From an uncultured Blastocatellaceae bacterium (lineage in GTDB: Bacteria > Acidobacteriota > Blastocatellia > Pyrinomonadales > Pyrinomonadaceae): a DNA stretch of 64,000 bases. Both the position numbers and the translations under genes were made by a program. The stretch lies in assembly GCA_964548225.1 (NCBI GenBank), contig CAZJQP010000005.1, forward strand, positions 20,453-84,452. Reading direction: 5' to 3'. The notes below the pieces were generated by a model. That model saw nothing but the letters and a program-made list of their open reading frames with translations, was not told the DNA's origin and did no database searches. Each line of letters begins with the position of its first letter. Position 1 is the first letter of the stretch. This document shows, piece after piece, positions 10,300 through 19,723 of this stretch.

Positions 10300-10335
10300 A
10301 ATATCTGATGTAAAATCTCTCGACCAAAAAAGGCG

Positions 10336-11166
10336 TTGATGCAAAAAACAAACACAGCGCAAGGCGTAACGGATACGGATTTGCTGAAGTTATTTCAAGA
10401 TAATCCGCAACACGCTTGGAGTTTGTTTTGCGATAAATATTCGGATTTTATTTATACAATTTTACGCCGTGCGGGGTTTGATTATGACGAGGCAATGGAG
10501 CGTTTCGTATATGTTTTTGAGAAACTGTGCGAACAAGATTTTCGCCGATTTAAGACGATAAAATATGTCGGAAACGACGGTGATTTAACACCTTGGTTGC
10601 GGCAGGTTCTGAAGAACTTATGCGTAAATTGGGCTTGGAGCGTGGACGGACGCAAACGGCTTTTCGGGTTTGTTGCGGAAATGCCGCCGCGTGAACAGAG
10701 AGTTTTCCAATTATATTTTTGGCAAGGAAACACGCCGTTTGAAATTTATGAAAATTTGCGGCTCGAACACGATAAAACGGTCGAAGTAGGCGATGTTTTT
10801 GATGCGTTGGAAACAATTTTTGCGCGTTTGAGTGAGAAAAAACTCTGGCGTTTGATGAGCAATTTGAATCGAATGCGAAAAACTCTTTCGCTCGATTTGG
10901 AAAACGAAGACAGCAATTTTTTTATCGAACCGATTGACGAAAACGCTCTTGACGCAGAAGAAAATTTGCTGAAAAAAGAATCTTTCGGGCAGTTAAAATT
11001 GGCGTTCGAAACGCTTTCGGCGCGGGAAAAACTAGTCGTTCAATTTCGCTATGAAGAAACGATGACGCTCGGCGAAATCGCCGAAATGCTCGGTTGGGAA
11101 GAGCGCGAAACAACGAACTTGCACAAATCGGCGATTTACAAATTGCGAAAATTTTTCGCCGTCTGA
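10336..11166 (+). CDS. ECF-type RNA polymerase sigma factor (sigma-70 family, regions 2 and 4) with an approximately 70-aa insert
   Basis: Region 2-like segment DTDLL...AWSLF...IYTILRR...DEAME. Region 4 HTH LSAREKLVVQFRYEETMTLGEIAEMLGWEERETTNLHKSAIYKLRK. Confidence 0.8.
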   Translation: MMQKTNTAQGVTDTDLLKLFQDNPQHAWSLFCDKYSDFIYTILRRAGFDYDEAMERFVYVFEKLCEQDFRRFKTIKYVGNDGDLTPWLRQVLKNLCVNWAWSVDGRKRLFGFVAEMPPREQRVFQLYFWQGNTPFEIYENLRLEHDKTVEVGDVFDALETIFARLSEKKLWRLMSNLNRMRKTLSLDLENEDSNFFIEPIDENALDAEENLLKKESFGQLKLAFETLSAREKLVVQFRYEETMTLGEIAEMLGWEERETTNLHKSAIYKLRKFFAV

Positions 11167-11224
11167 GTGGTTTTATATGTTTTGGAAAATTGGGTGAGGA
11201 AAGTAAAAGGTAAAAAGTAAAAAA

Positions 11225-11908
11225 ATGTCGGAAAAAAACTGTCCAACTCAAGATAATTTACGCGAATTTCTTGTGGGCGAAATGCCGCCGAGTGAAAAAG
11301 AAACGCTCGAACTGCATTTGGCGGATTGCGCGGATTGTCGGCAAAATTTGGTCGCGGTTTTTGTCGCAAAAGCGGAGGAAACCGAAACTTTCAAAACTCC
11401 GAAACCTTTGACCGAAACCATCAAAAATCTGCCTGCAAGCAAATCGAAAGCAAATTCCCTCTCTTTTTTTTCATTTGCGTGGCTCGGAAAATATCGTTTG
11501 CAGACGGCTTTTGCCGCCATTTTGCTTGTCTGTTTCGGGTTCGCCGGATTTTATTTTCTGCGAAATCAAACGACTTCAAATTCGGACGATGTTTTGCGAA
11601 ACGGCGCGGCAAACAAAGACTTAATTAAACTTCTTGCTCCTGAAGATAGTGTTGTTGTCAAAGGCTCTTTTGTTGAATTTGAATGGGAAAAAGTTTCGGA
11701 TGCAAGTTCTTACATTCTAATTATTTCCGATGAAAAAGGCGATATTATTTTTCAAGAGCAAACCAAACAAACCAAGTTCAATTTCGGACGGGCGTATCCA
11801 TCCAAAAGAGTAAATAAGCAAGACAAAAGTTTTTGGTATGTTCAGGCAAAACTTATTGACGGAAAAATTATAGAATCCACCCCGAGAAAGATTTTTTTTG
11901 AGTATTAA
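11225..11908 (+). CDS. Zinc-finger (ZAS / zf-HC2) anti-sigma factor with one TM helix and an extracytoplasmic C-terminal domain
   Basis: H-x3-C-x2-C motif (HLADCADCRQ) near the N-terminus. TM AFAAILLVCFGFAGFYFL. Lies immediately downstream of the ECF sigma gene. Confidence 0.75.
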   Translation: MSEKNCPTQDNLREFLVGEMPPSEKETLELHLADCADCRQNLVAVFVAKAEETETFKTPKPLTETIKNLPASKSKANSLSFFSFAWLGKYRLQTAFAAILLVCFGFAGFYFLRNQTTSNSDDVLRNGAANKDLIKLLAPEDSVVVKGSFVEFEWEKVSDASSYILIISDEKGDIIFQEQTKQTKFNFGRAYPSKRVNKQDKSFWYVQAKLIDGKIIESTPRKIFFEY

Positions 11909-11913
11909 AGTTA

Positions 11914-14688
11914 GTGAAAAACTCAGCCTCTAAATATTTTTGGCTGTTTTGTTGTTTAGCAACTTTAGCGGTGGCGGGATATTTTTCCGCCCCATTTATA
12001 GGTGAAAAACTCTATCAAAAAGGCTTACAAGCAAAAAAAGAGTGGCAATTGACATCTGCCATCAGCTATTTTTTGTGGGCGGAGAAATTAAATTCGGATA
12101 AAACAAAAGTCCGAATTGAAAAAGCCGTTTGTTTTCAGATGCTTGGGGAATTTATAAAATCTCAAACCGAATTTGAAAAACTTCTCGCCGAATCCGTCGT
12201 AAATCAAAAATTACATTCTCGAATTTTAAATGCCAACGGAGTCAATCTGTTCAGCCAAAATTTGCCTGACAAGGCTTTGGAAAGTCATCAGGAAGCCTTA
12301 AAAATTGCCCGTTTGATTGGCGATAAAAAACTCGAAGCGCAAATTTTAGTTAATTTAAGCCGTGTTCTTTATCACGCCAAAGGAAAATTTGATGAAGCCG
12401 AAAAACATCTCGAAAACGCTTTGCAAATCGGGCGTGAACTGAATGACGAACAAATTATTGCCGATTCAATGCGAAATCTCGGCGTGGTTTTGTGGTGGGG
12501 AAAAGGCGAATTAGACCGTCCGCTGAATGATTTTTACAAACCTGCGCTCGAACTTTACCGCAAAAATCAAGACAAACGCGGCGAAGCGACGATGCTCAGC
12601 AATATTAGCTTAATTTATTCGTTCAAAGGTGATTTTTACGAATATCTGAAACTGCAAAATGAAAGTCTGCAAATCCGTGAAAACATCAAAGACCAAGCCG
12701 GATTGAGCGAATCTTACAGGGCTTTCGGTGCGGCATATTTATCAGTCAGAAATATCAAAAAAGCGCGTGAATATCTGCAAAAATCGGTTGCGCTTTCGGA
12801 AAAAATCGGCTTTCGGCTGACGCAAAACGAAGCCGAAACTTATTTGGCAGGCGTTTATGCCGAACTCGGCGAACACGATGAAGCCATTGAACTTTTTCAA
12901 AAAATTTATGAGCGCGAGAAAAACAGTCCCGAACTTGCCAAAAACCGTTTAAGCTCAATCGGATATTGCTATTTACTCAAAGAGGAATTTGAAAATGCCC
13001 GCCAAATTTTTGAGCAAGTTTTGGAAATGGAACTCAAAAACGAGAGAAAAGATATTCGAACCTTGTTGGCGATTTATGTTTTTTTGGGCGAAACTTTTAT
13101 GCGTTTGGGGCAAACGGAAAAAGCAAAAGAGGTTTTGCAAAAAGCCGAAAATCTTTACAAAGAGCAACGAGGCGAAATAATTCAAGGGCTTTTGAGTTAT
13201 GCCGCAACACAAGCCGAATTTGCGTTTGAACAAAAAGATACGGAAAAATCACGCCGTTTTTTACGCGAAGCCGCCGAAAATGAATTGAGTCTTTTTGCCC
13301 TGAGCGGCACAAATTTGATTACTCATCCGCTTGCACGAGATTATGACCGAATTTTCTTACTTTTGCTTGAAAAATTGGATGATACGAAACTTGCTTTTCG
13401 TTTTTTGGAACAACGCCGGTATCGTTCATTCCGCAATTTTATTGTGCAATCGAGTAGTAAAAATAACACTTCCGCGCAAACGGGCAACGGCGAAAAAAAA
13501 GCTCTGGCGGAGATTGAAAAATTGAAAAACCATTCAAAAAATAACGACGGCGTAGAACTCAAAGAAAGACTCCAAAAGGCTTACGGCGATTATGAAAATG
13601 CGGTTTTGAAAGAGCAATTTTCCAAAGAAATTCAGAAAGCGATTACCACCGCGCAACCCGTTGACTTAAACACGGCGGGACAAAATCTGGACGAAAAAAC
13701 GGCTTTGATTGAATATGTTTTTGCGGGCGAAAAAGTTTTTGCGATAGTGTTGACAAAAAATGATTTACGGCATTTTTTATTACCTGTTTCGCGCTCGAAT
13801 TTGCGGAATAAAACACGACTTCTGAATGCTTCGATTTTTGCCAAAATCGAATCTGACGATTGGCAACCGATTGCCCGAAGTTTGCGCGAGAATTTGCTTG
13901 AACCGCTTGAAAAATCGGACGTTTTGAAAGATAAAAATCGTCTGGCGATTGTGCCTTTCGGCGTTTTGCACGATTTACCGTTTGCCGTCCTGATAAGCAA
14001 TGAAAATCGTTTTTTGATTGAAGATTACACTTTGTTTTTTCCGCTGTCGGCAACATTTCTGCAAAGAAAAAATTCCCATTCCGGGACAAAAAAAATGGTT
14101 AGTTTCGGCATCAATCACACGGAAAATTTGCCAGATTTGAAGTTTGCGGTTGAAGAATCAAAAGCGGTGGCAGAAATCTTCGCGGGCGAAGCAAAAGTTG
14201 AAACGCAAGCAACCGAAACCGAATTCAAAAACTCCATCTCAAAAACCACGCATCTGCATCTGGCAACCCACGCTGTTGCCGAAGCGGAAATGCCTCTTTT
14301 TTCAAGACTTCTCTTAAAATCCGCCGAAAAAGATGACGGAAATTTGATGGGGCGCGAGATTTTTGAAATTGGAATCGAGACGGATTTGGTAACTATTGCG
14401 GCTTGCGAAGGTGCGAAAAGTTTTTCCGCTGACTCGGAAGATTTAATCGAAATTGACCGCATCGGGCTAACCGAAGCCTTTCTCCACGCCGGTTCAAACA
14501 GTGTTTTAGCTAGTCTTGCACCAATCAGCGATGCCGCAACCGTTGAATTTATGAAGGATTTTTACATAAATCTCAAAGAAAAAGACAAAACCGAATCTCT
14601 TGCACAATCTCAACGAAAAATGCTTCACGGGAAATTCAAACATCCGCGTTTTTGGTCGCCGTTTATTTTGGTTGGCTCTGATAAGTAA
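11914..14688 (+). CDS. TPR-repeat plus CHAT-domain (caspase-like peptidase) protein with an N-terminal signal-anchor
   Basis: Many TPR units (e.g. ALESHQEALKIARLIGDKKLEAQILVNLSRVLYHAKGKFDEAEKHLENALQIGREL). C-terminal CHAT signature His (HLHLATHAV) and Cys (LVTIAACEGA). Its start is 6 nt after the anti-sigma stop. Confidence 0.8.
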   Translation: MKNSASKYFWLFCCLATLAVAGYFSAPFIGEKLYQKGLQAKKEWQLTSAISYFLWAEKLNSDKTKVRIEKAVCFQMLGEFIKSQTEFEKLLAESVVNQKLHSRILNANGVNLFSQNLPDKALESHQEALKIARLIGDKKLEAQILVNLSRVLYHAKGKFDEAEKHLENALQIGRELNDEQIIADSMRNLGVVLWWGKGELDRPLNDFYKPALELYRKNQDKRGEATMLSNISLIYSFKGDFYEYLKLQNESLQIRENIKDQAGLSESYRAFGAAYLSVRNIKKAREYLQKSVALSEKIGFRLTQNEAETYLAGVYAELGEHDEAIELFQKIYEREKNSPELAKNRLSSIGYCYLLKEEFENARQIFEQVLEMELKNERKDIRTLLAIYVFLGETFMRLGQTEKAKEVLQKAENLYKEQRGEIIQGLLSYAATQAEFAFEQKDTEKSRRFLREAAENELSLFALSGTNLITHPLARDYDRIFLLLLEKLDDTKLAFRFLEQRRYRSFRNFIVQSSSKNNTSAQTGNGEKKALAEIEKLKNHSKNNDGVELKERLQKAYGDYENAVLKEQFSKEIQKAITTAQPVDLNTAGQNLDEKTALIEYVFAGEKVFAIVLTKNDLRHFLLPVSRSNLRNKTRLLNASIFAKIESDDWQPIARSLRENLLEPLEKSDVLKDKNRLAIVPFGVLHDLPFAVLISNENRFLIEDYTLFFPLSATFLQRKNSHSGTKKMVSFGINHTENLPDLKFAVEESKAVAEIFAGEAKVETQATETEFKNSISKTTHLHLATHAVAEAEMPLFSRLLLKSAEKDDGNLMGREIFEIGIETDLVTIAACEGAKSFSADSEDLIEIDRIGLTEAFLHAGSNSVLASLAPISDAATVEFMKDFYINLKEKDKTESLAQSQRKMLHGKFKHPRFWSPFILVGSDK

Positions 14689-14690
14689 AG

Positions 14691-14727
14691 TTCAGATTTG
14701 CCTCTTTAGGCATAACTCTGAACTTTT
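14691..14727 (+). terminator. REP-like element copy B (GTTCAGAtTT...AACTCTGAAC) followed by TTTTTTT; likely terminator of the CHAT gene
   Basis: Imperfect member of the GTTCAGAGTT/AACTCTGAAC hairpin family. Followed by a T-run. Confidence 0.55.
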
Positions 14728-14788
14728 TTTCGTCAAATTCTCCAAACTTGAAAAATTGTCTGTTGGGTAAAATTCGGAGGAGAATTTT

Positions 14789-15145
14789 ATGAACAAAAAA
14801 TCTATCAGCATTGTTTTATTGGTTGGTCTGTTGGTTTTGGCGTTTACGCCCATCAATGTTTTGGCGGGAACGGCTTCGGCTTCGGCGACGGCAAAAGCGG
14901 GTGACGATTGCGGGGAAATCGAAAAACGCGAAGGGCAAAACACCGGCGCAATGAACATCGGAATGGTCAAGGTCAATGGCAAAGAGTTGAAAAAAGGAAT
15001 TGATTACACAGTTGAAAACGACGGCAGCACACGACCGAAAATTAAATTCAAAACGCCTTTGGCAAAAGATGATTCAGTAAGCGTTACGTTGTCAACCGTA
15101 AAAAGAGGCGATTTTACGGTAAATCTGACTTTGAGCAATTGTTGA
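14789..15145 (+). CDS. Small secreted hypothetical protein
   Basis: Signal peptide SIVLLVGLLVLAFTPINVLAG. RBS-like ggaggag upstream. Confidence 0.5.
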   Translation: MNKKSISIVLLVGLLVLAFTPINVLAGTASASATAKAGDDCGEIEKREGQNTGAMNIGMVKVNGKELKKGIDYTVENDGSTRPKIKFKTPLAKDDSVSVTLSTVKRGDFTVNLTLSNC

Positions 15146-15537
15146 TGGAGAACGCAAGAATGAAAAATTCTAGTTTTATGAAAAAAGTCTATGTTTTAAT
15201 AACGGCGTTTTCTTTTATCGTAGCTTTTTCGGCGTTTGATTTGCTCGCGCAAAAAAGCAATACGAAACGATATGTCCTGCTCAAACGAAACGAGCGGAAA
15301 AACAGTTACAAAACCGTTTCGGAAAATGGCGAAATCATTTTTGAAGCCGAGAATGTGGAAGACCCAAAAGATGGCGAACTTCTTCGCGGCAAGAAAAAAT
15401 TGGAATATCGCTGTGAACTAGGTCAAATTCCATTTATTAAAGAATTGCTTTTTTCAAACGGGCGTTCCACTCGGCAAAAAGTCGAGTGTCTGGTGCTGAT
15501 TACGCCGCGAATTATTATTCAGGAAGAGGAAAATTAA
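15139..15537 (+). CDS. Small secreted hypothetical protein (start may be an internal Met)
   Basis: Signal peptide VYVLITAFSFIVAFSAFDLLAQ. Overlaps the previous gene by 7 nt. Confidence 0.45.
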   Translation: MLMENARMKNSSFMKKVYVLITAFSFIVAFSAFDLLAQKSNTKRYVLLKRNERKNSYKTVSENGEIIFEAENVEDPKDGELLRGKKKLEYRCELGQIPFIKELLFSNGRSTRQKVECLVLITPRIIIQEEEN

Positions 15538-15550
15538 GGAGAAAACATTT

Positions 15551-16180
15551 ATGCCGAATGAAACATTTGAGGAACGGGTTCGCAATCGTATTAAGGAACT
15601 GACGGATTATTACATCCAAAATCAAGATTTGATTCGCGCTCCTTTGTTTCGCCGTTTTTGCAATCCTGTCCGATGGGAAACCGAGTGGCGCGAACTTTAT
15701 CGGGTAATTGAAGAATATGAAAAATATGACGGCGAGATGGGCAATCGTTTAATAAAAGTCGAAGGTTTTAATTATCAGCCTTTGCCTTGGACACCGTTTT
15801 TGCAACAATACGAAAAAAACGCGCTTGAAAAACTCATTTCCAAACGGTGCAATTCGCACGAACGGCAAATTATCGCCAACGACATCAAATACGAAATGAA
15901 TCGGCGAATAAATCGCGTTCCAAACGCCAAGCGCACCGCCGCTAATCTTCAAAAAGCCGGACAACGCGGCGAAGAAGAAGGACTTTTGAACGCCTTCGGT
16001 GTCGAGTATCGCGGCGAATATGATCTTGCGCTCACCGAAGCTGACCGCCAATGGCACAAAAGCGGAATCGAATATTTTGTCGAATTTGCAATTATCGAAT
16101 GCGGCATAATTGACGTTGACGCAATAAAAAGAGAAGAAACCCGCAAGGTTAAACCGAAACTTTCCGGTTGGGGAATGTAA
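15551..16180 (+). CDS. Hypothetical cytoplasmic protein
   Basis: Long ORF with an RBS (aggagaaaac). No recognised motif. Confidence 0.5.
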   Translation: MPNETFEERVRNRIKELTDYYIQNQDLIRAPLFRRFCNPVRWETEWRELYRVIEEYEKYDGEMGNRLIKVEGFNYQPLPWTPFLQQYEKNALEKLISKRCNSHERQIIANDIKYEMNRRINRVPNAKRTAANLQKAGQRGEEEGLLNAFGVEYRGEYDLALTEADRQWHKSGIEYFVEFAIIECGIIDVDAIKREETRKVKPKLSGWGM

Positions 16181-16213
16181 TCCGCGATTGCGTGAATAAA
16201 TACGGATAATTTT

Positions 16214-16266
16214 AACCACGAAAAGACGCGAAACGAATTGCTTCTTTTCGTGTCTTTTCGTGGTTT
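16214..16266. repeat. Hairpin repeat element E2 (AACCACGAAAAGACGCGAA...TTTTCGTGTCTTTTCGTGGTTT), the right flank of the module; a 17-bp stem with one mismatch
   Basis: Homologous to E1 at 10236-10299. Probable terminator of the 15551-16180 gene. Confidence 0.6.
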
Positions 16267-16282
16267 CTGGTATATTCAAACA

Positions 16283-16663
16283 ATGAATCAGACCCTTGTC
16301 CTTTGGCATCAATTTGTCGCATCGCCGAACGCCGAAATTCTGCACGAAATTCTCGCGGACGACGTGCAATTTCACTCGCCTTTTATCTGGAAACCGAAAG
16401 ACGGAAAAGCCGTAACGACGCATATTTTAATGACCGTTACGCAGGTTTTCGAGAACTTCCGCTATATCCGCGAAATCATTGAAGAAAATAATTTTTGCCT
16501 CGAATTTGAAGCCAGCATCGGCGATTTGACACTTCGCGGCGTTGATTTGATTTCGCTAAATGATGACGGAAAAATTATTGATTTTGAAGTAATGATTCGT
16601 CCCGCAAATGCTCTGCAAACGCTCGGAATAGAAATGGGCAAGCGTTTGAATTTACAAGGTTAA
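16283..16663 (+). CDS. NTF2/SnoaL-like small protein (start taken at MNQTL)
   Basis: About 125 aa with a pattern consistent with the alpha+beta cone fold. Weak call. Confidence 0.4.
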   Translation: MNQTLVLWHQFVASPNAEILHEILADDVQFHSPFIWKPKDGKAVTTHILMTVTQVFENFRYIREIIEENNFCLEFEASIGDLTLRGVDLISLNDDGKIIDFEVMIRPANALQTLGIEMGKRLNLQG

Positions 16664-16755
16664 GATTTTACGGCAATAAAATTTTTATCTTTTTGCATCT
16701 AAAGTTTGTAAATTAACGAATACAAACTTAACTAACCTACGAAACAGGAAAAATT

Positions 16756-17421
16756 ATGCTTAAAGATACAACGTCAGTTACAACAATTAATGCGTTTCCG
16801 TTTGCCGGAAGTTTTTCGACCGTCAAGTCTGTCGAAAAAGTTGCCGAAGCCCGTTTGCCAACCGAATTTGGCGAATTTCGTATTGCGGGTTACAAATCTC
16901 TAACAAGCGATGAAGAATTTGTCTGTGTTTTCAAAGGCGATTTGCACGAAAACGCCGCAATTCCCGTGCGTATTCATTCGCAATGTTTGACGGGCGACGT
17001 TTTTCACTCGACAAAATGCGATTGCGGAGCGCAACTGCAAAGCGCGATGGAAACCATCGAAAAAGAAGGTCGCGGCGTAATCGTCTATCAACATCAAGAA
17101 GGTCGCGGCATTGGAATCATTAACAAAATTCGTGCTTACGCCCTGCAAGATAAAGGCGCGGACACCATCGAAGCAAATCTGCGACTCGGACTCGATGTTG
17201 ATTTGCGCGAATACGACCAATGCGTCGAAATCCTGAAAGATTTGGGTGTGCGTAAAGTCAAAGCATTATCAAATAATCCCGACAAACTCCGCGCAATGCG
17301 AAACGGCGGTTTGGAAATCATCGAGCGCGTCCCGATTGAATTCGAACCATCAAAAGACACGCAAAAATATTTGAGTGTCAAGAAATTTCAGATGGGACAT
17401 CTTTTGAGTTTAGTGAATTAA
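16756..17421 (+). CDS. ribA: GTP cyclohydrolase II (riboflavin biosynthesis)
   Basis: [23 protein letters not shown] zinc-binding Cys motif and [27 protein letters not shown]. Confidence 0.9.
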   Translation: MLKDTTSVTTINAFPFAGSFSTVKSVEKVAEARLPTEFGEFRIAGYKSLTSDEEFVCVFKGDLHENAAIPVRIHSQCLTGDVFHSTKCDCGAQLQSAMETIEKEGRGVIVYQHQEGRGIGIINKIRAYALQDKGADTIEANLRLGLDVDLREYDQCVEILKDLGVRKVKALSNNPDKLRAMRNGGLEIIERVPIEFEPSKDTQKYLSVKKFQMGHLLSLVN

Positions 17422-17472
17422 ATTTTCCTCCTCAAAAAAACTAAAAGATGCGGTATTGATTTATCGCATCTT

Positions 17473-18876
17473 TTAGTTCTTTAAAGCATTCAAAATCTTC
17501 TCGTGAATACCGCCGAAACCGCCGTTTGACATTACGGCAACGACATCGTTTTCGCGCAATTCGGGTGCGAGATGGGCGACAATCGAATCGGCATCGGGCA
17601 AGCAGAAAGCCGTCTTTCCTTGCGCGTTGATTTGTTCGACTAACTCCTCGACATTCAAAACTTTGCCCAATTCCGATGCTTTTTGCGTGTTATAAACTCC
17701 GGCGATGATGACGTAATCGGCGTATTCAAAAGCGTTGCGGTAAGGTTCTTGAAAAACCGCCAGCCGCGACGACCACGAACGCGGCTCAAAAACCGCAATC
17801 AAACGCTTGCCCGCATATTTCATCCGCAGAGCTTTCAAAGTTTCTTCAACGGCGGTCGGATGATGCGCGAAATCGTCAATCACCGTAACGCCGCGTTCGA
17901 TTCCGCGAATTTCGACGCGCCTTTTCACCGATTTGAATGTATCAAACGCTTCTTGAATTTTGTCTTGAGAAATTCCCCAAGCGTCCGCCGCGATGATGAC
18001 GGCAAGACAATTTCGCACGTTAAATTCGCCGATTAAATCGGTTTCAAATTCGCCCCAAAATTCGTTTTCGCGGAAGATTTTAAATTTTGTTCTGCCCGAA
18101 AAATCAATCTCACGCGCTTGCCATTTTGCCTCGTCCGAAGTTCCGAAAGTTTCAATGTTTGTAAAAAGTTTGCCGCGCATTTCTTCCAAAACTTCTTTCG
18201 CAACAGGCGAATCAATGCCGACAATTAACGAGCCGTTTGACGGCACAAGATTCATCAGACGCGAAAACTGATATTTGATTTCCCAAAGGTCGCGGTAAAT
18301 GTCAGCGTGGTCAAATTCGACGTTATTGACAATCGCAATTTCGGGCAAATAGTGCATAAATTTCGGCTTTTTATCAAAATAAGCCGTGTCGTATTCGTCG
18401 CCTTCAATGACGAAATAATCGCTTTCCGCCACACGAAACGACGCGCCGAAATTCTGCACAATTCCCCCAACCAAAAACGACGGATTCAGCCCACCAACCT
18501 CGCAAACCCAACTCGCAATACTCGTCGTCGTCGTCTTCCCGTGCGTTCCCGCAACGACCAGCGAACGCCGTCCGCGAATAAATTCTTCCTTAACAATCTC
18601 CGCCTGCGAACGATACAAAAGTTTGCGATTCAAAACCTCTTCAAGCTCCGCATTTCCACGCGAAATCGCATTTCCGACAATCGTGCAATCCGCGCCGATG
18701 TCCGCATTTTCCGCTTTGTAACCGTTCAAAATCTCAATCCCAAGTTGTTCCAACTGCGTTGACATCGGCGGATAAACATTCTGGTCTGAACCCGTAACTT
18801 TGTGTCCGCGCGTCTGCAACATTCCCGCCAACGAAGCCATCGCCGTTCCGCAAATTCCGATTAAGTGATAGTGCAT
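17473..18876 (-). CDS. mpl: UDP-N-acetylmuramate:L-alanyl-gamma-D-glutamyl-meso-diaminopimelate ligase (Mpl, Mur ligase family)
   Basis: N-terminus HLIGICGTAMASLAGML...GHKVTGSDQNVYPPMSTQLE closely resembles E. coli Mpl. Mur ligase ATP-binding GTHGKTTTT. Confidence 0.8.
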   Translation of the reverse strand: MHYHLIGICGTAMASLAGMLQTRGHKVTGSDQNVYPPMSTQLEQLGIEILNGYKAENADIGADCTIVGNAISRGNAELEEVLNRKLLYRSQAEIVKEEFIRGRRSLVVAGTHGKTTTTSIASWVCEVGGLNPSFLVGGIVQNFGASFRVAESDYFVIEGDEYDTAYFDKKPKFMHYLPEIAIVNNVEFDHADIYRDLWEIKYQFSRLMNLVPSNGSLIVGIDSPVAKEVLEEMRGKLFTNIETFGTSDEAKWQAREIDFSGRTKFKIFRENEFWGEFETDLIGEFNVRNCLAVIIAADAWGISQDKIQEAFDTFKSVKRRVEIRGIERGVTVIDDFAHHPTAVEETLKALRMKYAGKRLIAVFEPRSWSSRLAVFQEPYRNAFEYADYVIIAGVYNTQKASELGKVLNVEELVEQINAQGKTAFCLPDADSIVAHLAPELRENDVVAVMSNGGFGGIHEKILNALKN

Positions 18877-18911
18877 AAAACAAATTTATTTGGATATGTA
18901 GACTTCACGAT

Positions 18912-19352
18912 TTATCGGAGGACTACCCAATAAAAAATCAATAATATTAATAATAAAATCGCTACAATAATAAACAGGCAAGACAGTAAAAGCATCCTCC
19001 CTTTTTTACGAGGCAACCAATCTTTATTTGCCTCATAACAATCTGCACACAAAGGAATTTGCACCTTCAGTTCTGAAAATGCTTTAGTTATTGATGTTCC
19101 GCCAGAGAGGTCATCATCACCACAATTCGGACAGAAGTTAATCGGCATTAAACCTTGGCTTTGCCATTGGTCCCAATCTGCCCCAAATGGTTCAATAAAC
19201 CATTTATCTCTAAACATACTCTCATCCCAAATTCCCCCGCTTGATTCAATTAACAATTTTTGAAAATCCTTAGCTCTTTGGATATTTTTTGACATTAGTT
19301 TTCTCCATGGACGGTTTGATTGCAACAAATTTAATATTGATGCCTTTACCAA
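18912..19352 (-). CDS. Hypothetical protein with a CxxC...CxxC zinc ribbon and a C-terminal TM anchor
   Basis: CPNCGDD...CADCYE. C-terminal hydrophobic stretch LLLSCLFIIVAILLLILLIFYWVVL. Confidence 0.45.
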   Translation of the reverse strand: MVKASILNLLQSNRPWRKLMSKNIQRAKDFQKLLIESSGGIWDESMFRDKWFIEPFGADWDQWQSQGLMPINFCPNCGDDDLSGGTSITKAFSELKVQIPLCADCYEANKDWLPRKKGRMLLLSCLFIIVAILLLILLIFYWVVLR

Positions 19353-19693
19353 CCTCCGAAAGGTAATTCTTTGGCTTTAACTCTTTCCATAAAAGGCGTT
19401 CCGATGCCTTTCGCTTTAGCTTTTTCATAGACGGATTTTGCGTCTTTTCCGTGTGCAATCAGTTTGTCGCCATCTAAAACAACCCATTGACCGTCAAATT
19501 CTTCCTTATGGTCTTCGATCCATTGCAAAGCGCGGCGAAATCGTTCGTTTTTTATTTCGAGTTCGATATTTTTCGCTTCTTTTTCCGATAGAACTTTCAA
19601 TTTTTCTTCTTCTACAAAATCAAAAATTTTTTGTTTTTCAGACAGTAGCAAAGCGCGGACATTTTCGATGATTTGTTCTGTGGTGTTCATCAC
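19346..19693 (-). CDS. Small hypothetical protein (DUF5678-like: WVVLDGDKLIAHGKD...VYEKAKAKG)
   Basis: Overlaps the downstream gene by 7 nt (operon). The family assignment is from memory only. Confidence 0.4.
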   Translation of the reverse strand: MMNTTEQIIENVRALLLSEKQKIFDFVEEEKLKVLSEKEAKNIELEIKNERFRRALQWIEDHKEEFDGQWVVLDGDKLIAHGKDAKSVYEKAKAKGIGTPFMERVKAKELPFGGW

Positions 19694-19723
19694 AAATTCA
19701 CCTCGAAACTCATTTTAGCAGAT

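Noticed and set aside
16664-16755. FMN riboswitch upstream of ribA
   Set aside because: Only about 90 nt of leader is present and no conserved FMN-aptamer core sequences are recognisable.
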